Part shown: positions 46,878 to 56,470 of the stretch, piece after piece
Numbering within the stretch: position 1 is the stretch's first letter
Layout: each line of letters begins with the position of its first letter
IMG/VR virus record: IMGVR_UViG_3300046832_000578
Direction: 5' to 3' (one strand)
DNA: 64,000 nucleotides
DNA from: a virus
The notes under the pieces: generated by a model
Told to the model about the DNA's origin: nothing
What the model saw: the letters and a program-made list of their open reading frames with translations, nothing else
Databases searched by the model: none
Made by a program: the position numbers and the translations under genes

Positions 46878-49739
46878 ATGGCTCGTCAGCTTATTGAAAA
46901 ATACATTTTTACACCTGGAGCAGCAAATGCTGGCACAGTAAAATTTCCAGGTAAAGTTGATGAAACTCAACTATTAATTATCACAAACAAAACCACTCAA
47001 GAGAATATTTACGCTCTTGGTGATCCAACTCGTTCTGGATCTTTGGTATATGATTCTTTAGACAGCACAACTTTCTTTTCAGAACAAGATGGTGTTACAA
47101 CAGTAACTCTAGCAAAAGATACATCTTCGATGCTATCTACACACAAGATAGCAGTTTATACAGACGCACCAAAATCTCAAGGTAATATTGTTCGTCCATA
47201 TGCTTTTGGTGTAGATGCTATTGAAAGAATTCGTATTTCAAATCCACAATCACTAATTGATGCTGACTTTGAATATGGTTTGCAAACCACAAAGTGGCAG
47301 AACTATGCAGAGATTCGTGGTGTTCCTGGAATTTATGAAAAACCTGGACTTGATATTTTCTTGTCTGGAGTTACAACCAATGGTGCTTCACCATCAACAA
47401 TCACCGTAACAACTTCTGTTGCGCATGGACTGTCGGTAAATGATGCAGTTATTATTTACGGTCTTGGTAATACCAGCACATCTGGTCGTGCCGAAGGTGC
47501 GTTTGTTATCGCCAGTGTTCCAACATCAACTACATTTACATACTTTGCCAAAGGTATCGTTGGTACAAATGCTCTGTCTTTATTTACTGGTATTACCTAT
47601 GCTCGTCGTGGTGGATTTTATACTGGTTCTTCACTACCAATTTCTTCAGTATCATCTAATGAAGCAAATCCATCTGTCATAACAGTAACTTGTTCTGCCA
47701 ATCATGGTCTAGTTCCAGGTGCTCCATTGGTTGGTATTGCATCTTCTGCTGGAACAAACCACGGATTATTAACTGGTAACTTTCTGGCAGAAACAGTTCC
47801 AACTGCCACTACATTTACATTTACTGCTCGTGTTGGTGGCGCAGTGGCTTCTGCTGGTATTACTATGACAATGTTTACTCGTTCTGATGCTTATGTATTA
47901 CATCGCCCATTTGATGGTGGTGTAACACTATCAAATTTTGTACCATCTCATGGTGCATCGATTTCTCGTCAGACTAAAAAGTACATGCGTTATCAATCAG
48001 GTAAAGGTGTTCTTTGGTCTTCAGGTGTTTCGTTAAACCCTGTTATTAACCTTGATCAAATTTCTGCTTCTGGAACTACTCCAGGTTCTTTAATTACTGT
48101 GACTACAGAATTAGATCATTCACTACAAGTTGGTGCGACTGTGCTTATTTCAGGTGTTGTTACATCAGGATATAATGGCACATATGGTGTTAATACAATC
48201 ACTGGAGAAAATACTTTTACTGTTATTGCATCTGGAACTTTAGGATCTGCCAGTGCAGTTATTACAAATATTCCTCGTGTAACAGTTAAGAATTGGCATG
48301 GTGCATCCGTTCGTGTTGGTCCATTTGATGATCAAAACGGATTGTTCTGGGAGTATGATGGACAAGAATTAGCAGTTGTTAAACGATCTGGTACATTTCA
48401 GTTGTCTGGTTTTATTGCAGTAACCGCAGCATCTCAAACAGTTACTGGAACAAGCACTCGTTTCACACAACAATTAAAAGTTGGTGATAATATTATTATT
48501 CGTGGTATGACTTATAAAGTTGGTAGTATTGCAAGTGATACTTCACTAACTATTAATCCAGAATATCGTGGTGTTAATAATTCATCTGGTATTAAGATGG
48601 CAGCTGTTATTGATAATCGTGTACCACAATCTCAATTTAATATTGACAAAGTAGATGGCACTGGCATTTCAGGTTACAACATGAACCTCAACAAAATGCA
48701 AATGTTGGGTATTTCATTCTCATGGTATGGTGCTGGTTTCGTTGACTTTATGTGTCGTGGTCCAGATGGAAACATGATGCTTGTTCATCGTATGAAACAA
48801 AATAATATTAACGATGAAGCGTATATGCGTACTGGTAATACGGCAGTTCGTTATCAAACAATTAATGAATCTGTTATTGGTCGTTTAGATGAAGACTTAG
48901 ATAATAGCGAAACAAGTATTGATATACTCGATGCTTCTAGATTTCCAGCTGCAGGTGGTACAATATTAATCGGTAATGAAGTTATTCCTTATACTGGTAA
49001 ATCTGGTAATACGCTAACTGGATGTACTCGTGGTGGCAGTTTTACAATGTTTATTGGTGGTGCCAATAGAACATTTACTGGTGGTGCTGCAGCATCACAT
49101 AGTAAAAACAATGGGTTTACTTCTGTGACTTTAATTAGTTGTACTGCAGCACCACAGTTAAATCACTGGGGTTCATCATACATCTTAGATGGCGGATTTG
49201 ATACAGATCGTGGTTACTACTTTAACTATGCAGAATTAAAAGTTGCTGTTACTGGTAATACTTCAAAAACAGCATTCTTTATTCGACTAGCACCATCAGT
49301 TTCAAACTCAATTGCAGGACAATTCGGAGATCGAGATCTAATCAATCGTTCTCAATTGCTTCTACAAAAATTACAACTTCAATCAGATAAGTCTGTGCAA
49401 GTTTATGGTATTTTAAATCCAGGAAATATTGATGCGTCATCGCTAACTTGGTCATCAGTTAATACTGTAGCACTTGGTTCACAACCATCGTTTGCTCAGA
49501 TTTCTACAAGTAATACTACAACCGCAACTCCTGGAGAACAGATTTTCTCCACACTTGGACCACCAGCTGGTTTTGCTGAGATTGATTTATCAACTCTTAA
49601 AGAATTATCTAACTCTGCCATTGGTGGTTTTAGTAACTTCCCAGATGGTCCCGATGTCTTGGCAGTTGTTATTAACAATCTTTCTGCAACAGCTGCTGAA
49701 GTTAACTTGAACTTATTCTGGTCTGAAGCACAAGCATAA
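46878..49739 (+). CDS. Large virion structural protein
   Basis: R.S.PQSLIDADFEYGLQ.TKW, RQT..Y.RYQSGK, SWYGAG, HWGSS...DG, W.EAQA; repeated TV.T...HGL..G domains. Confidence 0.75.
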   Translation: MARQLIEKYIFTPGAANAGTVKFPGKVDETQLLIITNKTTQENIYALGDPTRSGSLVYDSLDSTTFFSEQDGVTTVTLAKDTSSMLSTHKIAVYTDAPKSQGNIVRPYAFGVDAIERIRISNPQSLIDADFEYGLQTTKWQNYAEIRGVPGIYEKPGLDIFLSGVTTNGASPSTITVTTSVAHGLSVNDAVIIYGLGNTSTSGRAEGAFVIASVPTSTTFTYFAKGIVGTNALSLFTGITYARRGGFYTGSSLPISSVSSNEANPSVITVTCSANHGLVPGAPLVGIASSAGTNHGLLTGNFLAETVPTATTFTFTARVGGAVASAGITMTMFTRSDAYVLHRPFDGGVTLSNFVPSHGASISRQTKKYMRYQSGKGVLWSSGVSLNPVINLDQISASGTTPGSLITVTTELDHSLQVGATVLISGVVTSGYNGTYGVNTITGENTFTVIASGTLGSASAVITNIPRVTVKNWHGASVRVGPFDDQNGLFWEYDGQELAVVKRSGTFQLSGFIAVTAASQTVTGTSTRFTQQLKVGDNIIIRGMTYKVGSIASDTSLTINPEYRGVNNSSGIKMAAVIDNRVPQSQFNIDKVDGTGISGYNMNLNKMQMLGISFSWYGAGFVDFMCRGPDGNMMLVHRMKQNNINDEAYMRTGNTAVRYQTINESVIGRLDEDLDNSETSIDILDASRFPAAGGTILIGNEVIPYTGKSGNTLTGCTRGGSFTMFIGGANRTFTGGAAASHSKNNGFTSVTLISCTAAPQLNHWGSSYILDGGFDTDRGYYFNYAELKVAVTGNTSKTAFFIRLAPSVSNSIAGQFGDRDLINRSQLLLQKLQLQSDKSVQVYGILNPGNIDASSLTWSSVNTVALGSQPSFAQISTSNTTTATPGEQIFSTLGPPAGFAEIDLSTLKELSNSAIGGFSNFPDGPDVLAVVINNLSATAAEVNLNLFWSEAQA

Positions 49740-49742
49740 ATA
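49735..49742 (+). promoter_or_regulatory. Late promoter core CATAAATA
   Basis: Overlaps the upstream stop codon; precedes the fibre gene. Confidence 0.55.
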
Positions 49743-49764
49743 TACAAAATAGAGGAATTTTTAA

Positions 49765-52173
49765 ATGGCAACCCAAGTACAGTTTAGACGAGGAACAACT
49801 ACCCAAAACAATGCGTTTACTGGCGCAATTGCTGAACTCACTGTAGACACCGAAGCAAAAACACTAAGGCTACACGATGGTTCTACTGCTGGTGGTGGGG
49901 CAGTTGTTGCGACCCTTGCAGGCACTCAAACCTTTACAAACAAAACACTTTCAACCAATTCTGTTTGGCAAGGCACTGTCGTTGGATTAGCATATGGTGG
50001 TACTGCTGCATCTTTAACTGCTGTTGCTGGTGGAGTTTTATACTCTGGTGCTTCTGCATTAGCCATTTCTGCAGCTGGAACTTCTGGTCAAGTATTAACT
50101 TCTGCTGGAGCATCTTCACCAACTTGGACTGCTCAATCTTCACTGGTTGTTGGTACTGCCACTGTTGCCACAACAGCAACTAATATTGCTGGTGGTTCTG
50201 CTGGTAATCTTATTATTCAATTAGATACAAATCAAACCACTTTCGTTGCTGCTGGTGCAGCTGGCACATTCTTAAAATCAACTGGTGCTTCTACTGCGCC
50301 TGAGTTTGCTGCAGGTCAAATTACAATTGGTTCTACTGCAGTATCATTCGGTGATACTAGTAACGCTCTTGCTGGAGTAGCTTCTATAACTATGGGTAAT
50401 CGCACTTATGGTAATGCGTCTGTTGCTTCCGTGTCTGGTACTGGTCCATGGACAGCAACAATTACTGGCATATCATCAACTGCTGGCATTTTAGTTGGTC
50501 AAAATATTACTGCAACTGATGGAACTGGTTCTTTGTTTGGTGGTTCTCCTACAAGCGTATTAGTTGCAAGCATTGTTTCTGGAACAAGCATTACTGTAAC
50601 AGTCACTGGTGGAACTATACCAACTGTTGGCACTATTACTGCTATTACTATTTTTGGATTCTTACAAGTTCCAACTGGAACTACTGCTCAACGACCATAT
50701 GTACCAGCAAATGGTATGATTCGTTACAATACTACTCAATCTACATTTGAGGGTTATTCATCTAGTGCATGGTCATCTCTTGGTGGTGTTAAGTCTGTTG
50801 ATGGATTCACTTTTATTCAAGCAGAAACATCTGCTGGTAACTCAAATGGTGACTTAGATTTCTACGCTGAAGATAGTGCAGGAACTGCAGCCACTCAAAT
50901 TGGTCAGTGGAACAGAACAAACCTTAAAGATTATACTGGTACGCTAGTTGGAACACAAACTACACAGAATGTGTTTAATGCAACTGCCACTACTGTCAAT
51001 GCTTTCGGTGCAGCAACTACACTAGCGATTGGTAATGCTACTAGTGCAACTCTAACTCTTCGTCCAGGAACTGTTGTTGGATCTAATACCACTCAGAACT
51101 TATATAATACAGTTGCCACTACTTTAAACTTAGGTGGTGCAGCAACTACTATTTCTATCGGTGCTGCAACTGGTACGCTAACAATCAATAATGCAAATAC
51201 AGTTATTACTGGTAACTTAACTGTAAACGGCACAACTACTACTGTAAATTCAACTACTGTTGAAATTCAAAATGCTTTTGTGTTTGAAGGTGCTACTGCC
51301 GATGGCTTTGAAACAACATTATCCACAGTAGATCCTACTTCAGACAGAACAATACTTTTACCAAATGCCAGCGATACATTAGTTGGTAAAGCAACGACTG
51401 ATACACTAACAAACAAATCTATTAGTTTAACAAACAATACAGTTACATTTACTTCATTAGAATTAAAAACTGGTTGTTCTGACGAAACAGGTTCTGGTGC
51501 TCTAGTATTTGCTACTAGTCCTACTTTAGTGACTCCACTTCTTGGAACACCAACTTCTGGTACATTAACTAACTGTACTGGATTGCCAGTTAGTGGTATC
51601 ACTGCTTCTACTTCTACAGCACTTGGTGTTGGTAGTATTGAACTTGGACATGCTAGCGATACTACTATTGCTCGTTCAAGTGCAGGAGTTGTTACTATTG
51701 AGGGTAATACAATTTTAACATCAGGTAGCACTTCTGCATCAGTTCAATTTGGCTCGTTCGGTGTTGGTACTGCTGCATCTGGAACTACTGGTGAGATTCG
51801 TGCAACAAATGCAATCACATCTTTCTATTCGGACGAGCGTCTGAAAACAGATATTACAGAAATTTCTGGTGCTGTTGATAAGGTTATGCAGCTTCGTGGT
51901 GTTACATTCCGTGCAAATGAATTGGCAGAATCTTATGGTTATGTTTCTAATAAAGAACAAGTTGGTGTTATCGCACAAGATGTTGAAAAAGTATTGCCAC
52001 AAATTGTGGTTCCTGCTCCGTTTGATATTATGCAATTACAAGAAGGTGTAGAAATTTCTCGTTCTGGAGAAAATTATAAAACTGTTCACTATGAAAAACT
52101 TGTACCATTACTAATTCAAGCAATCAAAGAACAACAACTTATGATTGAAGAATTACAAAAGAAGGTAGGCTAA
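49765..52173 (+). CDS. Tail fibre protein (Mtd-N-like head, peptidase S74 chaperone)
   Basis: QVQFRRGTT.....FTGA..E..VDT....L..HDG.T.GG; SDERLK...YEKLVPLLI.AIKE. Confidence 0.85.
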   Translation: MATQVQFRRGTTTQNNAFTGAIAELTVDTEAKTLRLHDGSTAGGGAVVATLAGTQTFTNKTLSTNSVWQGTVVGLAYGGTAASLTAVAGGVLYSGASALAISAAGTSGQVLTSAGASSPTWTAQSSLVVGTATVATTATNIAGGSAGNLIIQLDTNQTTFVAAGAAGTFLKSTGASTAPEFAAGQITIGSTAVSFGDTSNALAGVASITMGNRTYGNASVASVSGTGPWTATITGISSTAGILVGQNITATDGTGSLFGGSPTSVLVASIVSGTSITVTVTGGTIPTVGTITAITIFGFLQVPTGTTAQRPYVPANGMIRYNTTQSTFEGYSSSAWSSLGGVKSVDGFTFIQAETSAGNSNGDLDFYAEDSAGTAATQIGQWNRTNLKDYTGTLVGTQTTQNVFNATATTVNAFGAATTLAIGNATSATLTLRPGTVVGSNTTQNLYNTVATTLNLGGAATTISIGAATGTLTINNANTVITGNLTVNGTTTTVNSTTVEIQNAFVFEGATADGFETTLSTVDPTSDRTILLPNASDTLVGKATTDTLTNKSISLTNNTVTFTSLELKTGCSDETGSGALVFATSPTLVTPLLGTPTSGTLTNCTGLPVSGITASTSTALGVGSIELGHASDTTIARSSAGVVTIEGNTILTSGSTSASVQFGSFGVGTAASGTTGEIRATNAITSFYSDERLKTDITEISGAVDKVMQLRGVTFRANELAESYGYVSNKEQVGVIAQDVEKVLPQIVVPAPFDIMQLQEGVEISRSGENYKTVHYEKLVPLLIQAIKEQQLMIEELQKKVG

Positions 52174-52174
52174 C

Positions 52175-53134
52175 ATGGCTGTTTCTACAAGAGATGGATT
52201 AAAACAATACGCACTTCGTAATTTGGGTGCACCAGTTGTTGAAATTAATGTGGATGACGATCAATTAGAAGATCGTATTGATGAAGCATTAGAGCACTGG
52301 ATAAAATATCATTACGAGGGCACTGAACAGATTTATATGAAAGCACAGATTCGTGCTTCTGAAATTGTTTTAACCTCCTCAGTTGCTGCTAACTTTACAT
52401 TGTCTGAAACTATTACAGGTGGAACATCAGGTGCCACTGCACAAGTAACAAAAGAAACAGGTCGTTCTTCTTCTGGAACTTTACTTCTTGTTAGAAACAT
52501 TGTCGGAACATTTACGGTTGGTGAAGTAATTACTGGTGCAACATCTGGTCAAACTGCCACAACTTCCACTATCACAAAAAGAGAATACGATAATAAGTAC
52601 ATTACAGTAACTGATTCAGTATATGGTGTGACTAAAATTTTAGCCATAGGTCAGGCATCGTCATCTAAGAACATATTTGATTTACAATATCAATTGCGTC
52701 TGAATGACCTATATGACTTAACATCTACCTCTATCATTTATTACAAAACTGTAATGAGCCATTTGGCTCTACTTGATTTAGAGTTAAATGGTCATACTCT
52801 TTTTAGATTTAATCGTAGAACAAATAGAATTTATCTAGACATTAACTGGGAAACAGATATCCCTCTTGGTGATTATGTTATCGTTCAAGGATACCGTGCT
52901 TTAGATCCAACTGAATTTACAAAAGTTTATAACGAATCATTTTTAAAACATTATGTTACTGCATTATTTAAAAGACAGTGGGCTACAAATATTAAAAAGT
53001 TTTCTGGCATTCAACTTCCAGGTGGTGTCACATTAGATGGTGATAAACTATACGATGAAGCAGTTAATGAGATTAAAGAACTAGAGGATAGTTTACAAAA
53101 TAAGTCTGCACCATTAGACTTTTTTATAGGTTAA
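52175..53134 (+). CDS. 13: Neck protein gp13
   Basis: R..LK.Y.LR.LGAPV.EINVDD.Q.EDRIDEA; K.QW..N..KF.G.QLPGGVTL.G. Confidence 0.93.
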   Translation: MAVSTRDGLKQYALRNLGAPVVEINVDDDQLEDRIDEALEHWIKYHYEGTEQIYMKAQIRASEIVLTSSVAANFTLSETITGGTSGATAQVTKETGRSSSGTLLLVRNIVGTFTVGEVITGATSGQTATTSTITKREYDNKYITVTDSVYGVTKILAIGQASSSKNIFDLQYQLRLNDLYDLTSTSIIYYKTVMSHLALLDLELNGHTLFRFNRRTNRIYLDINWETDIPLGDYVIVQGYRALDPTEFTKVYNESFLKHYVTALFKRQWATNIKKFSGIQLPGGVTLDGDKLYDEAVNEIKELEDSLQNKSAPLDFFIG

Positions 53135-53135
53135 T

Positions 53136-54068
53136 ATGTCAACAACTAATGTTTATTTTTCTCATGGTACGAGAAACGAACAGTACTTGATAGAAGATCT
53201 TATTATCGAATCTTTAAAGATTTACGGTAATGAGTTCTTTTATATTCCAAGAACATTAGTTTCTAAAGACGAGATTCTTGGTGAAGATCGTCTGTCTCAA
53301 TTCACATCATCATTTCCAATTGAAATGTATTTTGAAAATGTGGACAATCTTGCTGGGCAGGGAGCATTTATTCAAAAGTTTGGTTTAATGATGGAGCAGT
53401 CAGCTACATTGATAGTTGCTCGTCGTAGATGGGATCAGTTAGTTGGTCGCTATGGTCAAACTACTTTACCCAATCGCCCAAACGAGGGAGATTTAATTTA
53501 CTTTCCATTAACAAAAGGATTGTTTGAGATTAAATTTGTGACTCATCAAGATCCATTTTATCAACTTGGTAAACTATATGTTTATAAACTACAAGTTGAA
53601 TTGTTCCAGTATGCTTCTGAAAGAATTGATACTGGTATTGCAGCAGTGGATACATTTGAATCACTCAAATCATTTACCACAAATACAACTCGTTCACCAA
53701 ATGGTAAGGTTATAAGGATCGATGTGACAAATCAAGGTTCTGGATATAGCACAGTTCCAACAGTATCCTTTACTAGTTCAAGTGGTATTAATGCTGCAGC
53801 TACTGCTGTTCGTGGAACTGGCGCAAATGCCAATAAAATTGTTAGTATTACTGTAACTAATCAAGGATCTGGATATCAAACTGCTCCAGTAGTTTCTATT
53901 ACTGGTGGTGGGGGTGCTGGTGCTTTAGCAACTGCAGTTATTGAAGCAGACATTGATGCTGTTGAATCTTATGGTGATAATAATAAATTTAAGACTGCAG
54001 CAGCAACTGATTTATTCAGTGAATCAAATCCATTTGGTGAAATAGATAGAACCAGGAATACTGAATAA
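53136..54068 (+). CDS. 14: Neck protein gp14
   Basis: EQ.L.EDL..E.....G....Y.PR, RP.EGDLIYFP, PFYQLG, F.E.NPFG. Confidence 0.93.
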   Translation: MSTTNVYFSHGTRNEQYLIEDLIIESLKIYGNEFFYIPRTLVSKDEILGEDRLSQFTSSFPIEMYFENVDNLAGQGAFIQKFGLMMEQSATLIVARRRWDQLVGRYGQTTLPNRPNEGDLIYFPLTKGLFEIKFVTHQDPFYQLGKLYVYKLQVELFQYASERIDTGIAAVDTFESLKSFTTNTTRSPNGKVIRIDVTNQGSGYSTVPTVSFTSSSGINAAATAVRGTGANANKIVSITVTNQGSGYQTAPVVSITGGGGAGALATAVIEADIDAVESYGDNNKFKTAAATDLFSESNPFGEIDRTRNTE

Positions 54069-54814
54069 TGTTAAACAATAATGTATTTTATCACGGAACT
54101 ATTCGTAAGTGCATCGTAGCGTTTGGCACTCTATTCAGTGACATCTATATTGATCGTCGTGAAGGGAATTCTGTAACAGGAACAGTCGCACAGCGTTTAC
54201 AAATTCCTTTGGCATATGCTCCAAAAGAAAAATATCTAGTTCGTATTGAGCAAGATCCTAATTTAGAAAACAATACCTATGTCTCTTTACCAAGAATGTC
54301 TTTTGAGATTCTTGGATATAGCTACGATTCTAGTCGTAAGTTAAATCGTATGCAGCAAATAAAATGTGGTGATGGTACTACCACCATGGACGCTATCTAT
54401 ACTCCAGTTCCATATAACATTGATGTTAGTTTGTATATTTTAACTAAGACTCAAGAAGACGCATTACAAATTTTAGAACAAATCCTTCCAACATTTACTC
54501 CAGAATATACTCTAACGATTAACGCTGTTCCAGACATGAATGTTAAACTTGACATTCCTATCGTTTTAAATAGCGTAACCTCTTCTGACGAATATGATGG
54601 CGACTTTCAAACTCGTAGAAATGTTACACATACACTAACATTTACAATTAAAACCAATCTATTTGGTCCATTGGCTAACAAGAAAGTTATTGATGAAGTA
54701 TTTGCTAATGTTGGACAAAATGAAAACTTTAGCAATCCGAACAGAATCTATACAGCAGAGGGTGATGTCACTACTGCTACAGTTGATACAGAATCTTGGA
54801 CAAGTAATTTTTAA
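54068..54814 (+). CDS. 15: Tail sheath stabiliser/terminator gp15
   Basis: FYH..IRK....FG.LF, PL.Y.PK.K, LPRMSFE, PVPY, QI.EQILP.F.P. Confidence 0.95.
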   Translation: MLNNNVFYHGTIRKCIVAFGTLFSDIYIDRREGNSVTGTVAQRLQIPLAYAPKEKYLVRIEQDPNLENNTYVSLPRMSFEILGYSYDSSRKLNRMQQIKCGDGTTTMDAIYTPVPYNIDVSLYILTKTQEDALQILEQILPTFTPEYTLTINAVPDMNVKLDIPIVLNSVTSSDEYDGDFQTRRNVTHTLTFTIKTNLFGPLANKKVIDEVFANVGQNENFSNPNRIYTAEGDVTTATVDTESWTSNF

Positions 54815-54816
54815 AT

Positions 54817-56394
54817 ATGGCTGAAATTTATAATGCGAATTCGAATCTAAAAGCAGCTGGTGTTGATGTTCAGTTTACTCCAGAAGATGTTAAGGAGTAT
54901 ATGAAATGTGCTGCAGATCCAATTTATTTTATTGAAAACTATTGTTACATTGTAACGCTAGATCATGGTCTTCAGTTATTTAAATTATATGATTGCCAAA
55001 AGAAAAAGATTGATGTTATTCATAACAATCGTCGTGTAATTCTTATGGAAGGTCGTCAGCAAGGTAAGACTACAACTTCAGCTGCTTATATTCTTTGGTA
55101 TACATTATTTCAACCGAATAAAAATGTGGGGGTTTTAGCAAACAAAGCAACAGCTGCACGAGAGGTTTTAGATCGTTATCAAACGATGTATGAATTACTC
55201 CCTAAATGGATGCAACAAGGTGTCACTACTTGGAACAAAGGTGACATCGAATTAGAAAATGGTTCAAAAGTATTTACTGCTGCAACTGGTAAATCTGGTA
55301 TTCGTGGTAAATCTGTAAACTTATTGTATGTTGATGAAGCTGCAATTATTCCGAACAATGTGGCAGAAGAATTCTTTACATCAGTTTACCCTACAATTTC
55401 TGCTGGTCAGACTACTAAGATTCTTCTAAGTAGTACACCATTAGGTTATAATCATTTCTGGAAGTTTTGGAATGATGCTGAGAATGGGCGAAATGGATTT
55501 GTTAATCTGTTTATTCCATACTGGGAAATTCCAGGTCGTGATGAGGCATGGGCAAATGAACAAAAAGCCATGCTCGGTGAACTTAAATATAATCAAGAGG
55601 TTTTGTGTAACTTCTTGGGATCAAGTTTAACACTTATTAATGCAGATACTATCGCACAAATGAGTGTAGCAAATAGAGTCTATGATAAAGATGGACTTGA
55701 TGTTTATGTAGAACCACAAGTTGGTCATACATATTGTTTAGTCGCTGATGTGGCTAAAGGAGTTGGTGGGGATTATTCTGCGTTTCAGATTATTGATATT
55801 ACAGAAACACCCTATCGAATTGTTGCAAAGTATAGAAACAATGAAATTAGTCCATTGCTCTATCCTAATATTATTTACAAAGTTGGTAGAGACTATAATT
55901 ACGCTTGGGTACTAATGGAGATTAATATATCAGAGCAAGTTGCTCATATTCTCTATTCTGAGATGGAATACGAAAACATTTTATTTGTTACAAGACATAC
56001 TCTTGGACAAACAGTTTCTGGTGGTTTCGGTGGTGGTAAAACCCAGCTAGGTGTAATGACAGATAAGAAAATTAAAAGAATTGGGTGCTCTAATTTTAAG
56101 GCACTAGTTGAAGAAAAGAAACTATTAATACAAGACGCAGACACTATATCAGAAATTTCTACATTTATTGAGACAAAGGGGTCTTATCAAGCAGACGAAG
56201 GTTATCATGATGACTTAGTTATGCCTTTAGTTTTGTTTGGCTGGTTGACAACTAACTCGTATTTTAAAGACCTAAATAATGTAAACCTTAGAGAAGTTAT
56301 GTATAAGAAACAGATGCAGGCTATCGAAGAAGAACTTACTCCATTTGGTTTTTATGACGATGGTGGTCCAGAAAAACCCCCTCTAAACTTCTAG
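54817..56394 (+). CDS. 17: Terminase large subunit gp17
   Basis: RQQGKTT Walker A, YVDEAA Walker B, STP.G.NHF, D...G.G.DYS, HDDLVM. Confidence 0.97.
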   Translation: MAEIYNANSNLKAAGVDVQFTPEDVKEYMKCAADPIYFIENYCYIVTLDHGLQLFKLYDCQKKKIDVIHNNRRVILMEGRQQGKTTTSAAYILWYTLFQPNKNVGVLANKATAAREVLDRYQTMYELLPKWMQQGVTTWNKGDIELENGSKVFTAATGKSGIRGKSVNLLYVDEAAIIPNNVAEEFFTSVYPTISAGQTTKILLSSTPLGYNHFWKFWNDAENGRNGFVNLFIPYWEIPGRDEAWANEQKAMLGELKYNQEVLCNFLGSSLTLINADTIAQMSVANRVYDKDGLDVYVEPQVGHTYCLVADVAKGVGGDYSAFQIIDITETPYRIVAKYRNNEISPLLYPNIIYKVGRDYNYAWVLMEINISEQVAHILYSEMEYENILFVTRHTLGQTVSGGFGGGKTQLGVMTDKKIKRIGCSNFKALVEEKKLLIQDADTISEISTFIETKGSYQADEGYHDDLVMPLVLFGWLTTNSYFKDLNNVNLREVMYKKQMQAIEEELTPFGFYDDGGPEKPPLNF

Positions 56395-56407
56395 AAATCG
56401 TGCAAAA

Positions 56408-56415
56408 ACTAAATA
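56408..56415 (+). promoter_or_regulatory. Late promoter core ACTAAATA
   Basis: Upstream of gp18. Confidence 0.65.
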
Positions 56416-56470
56416 AAATGTAGACATGAATTTTGTCTAAAAGTAAAACTTATTAACAAGGAGAATTACA

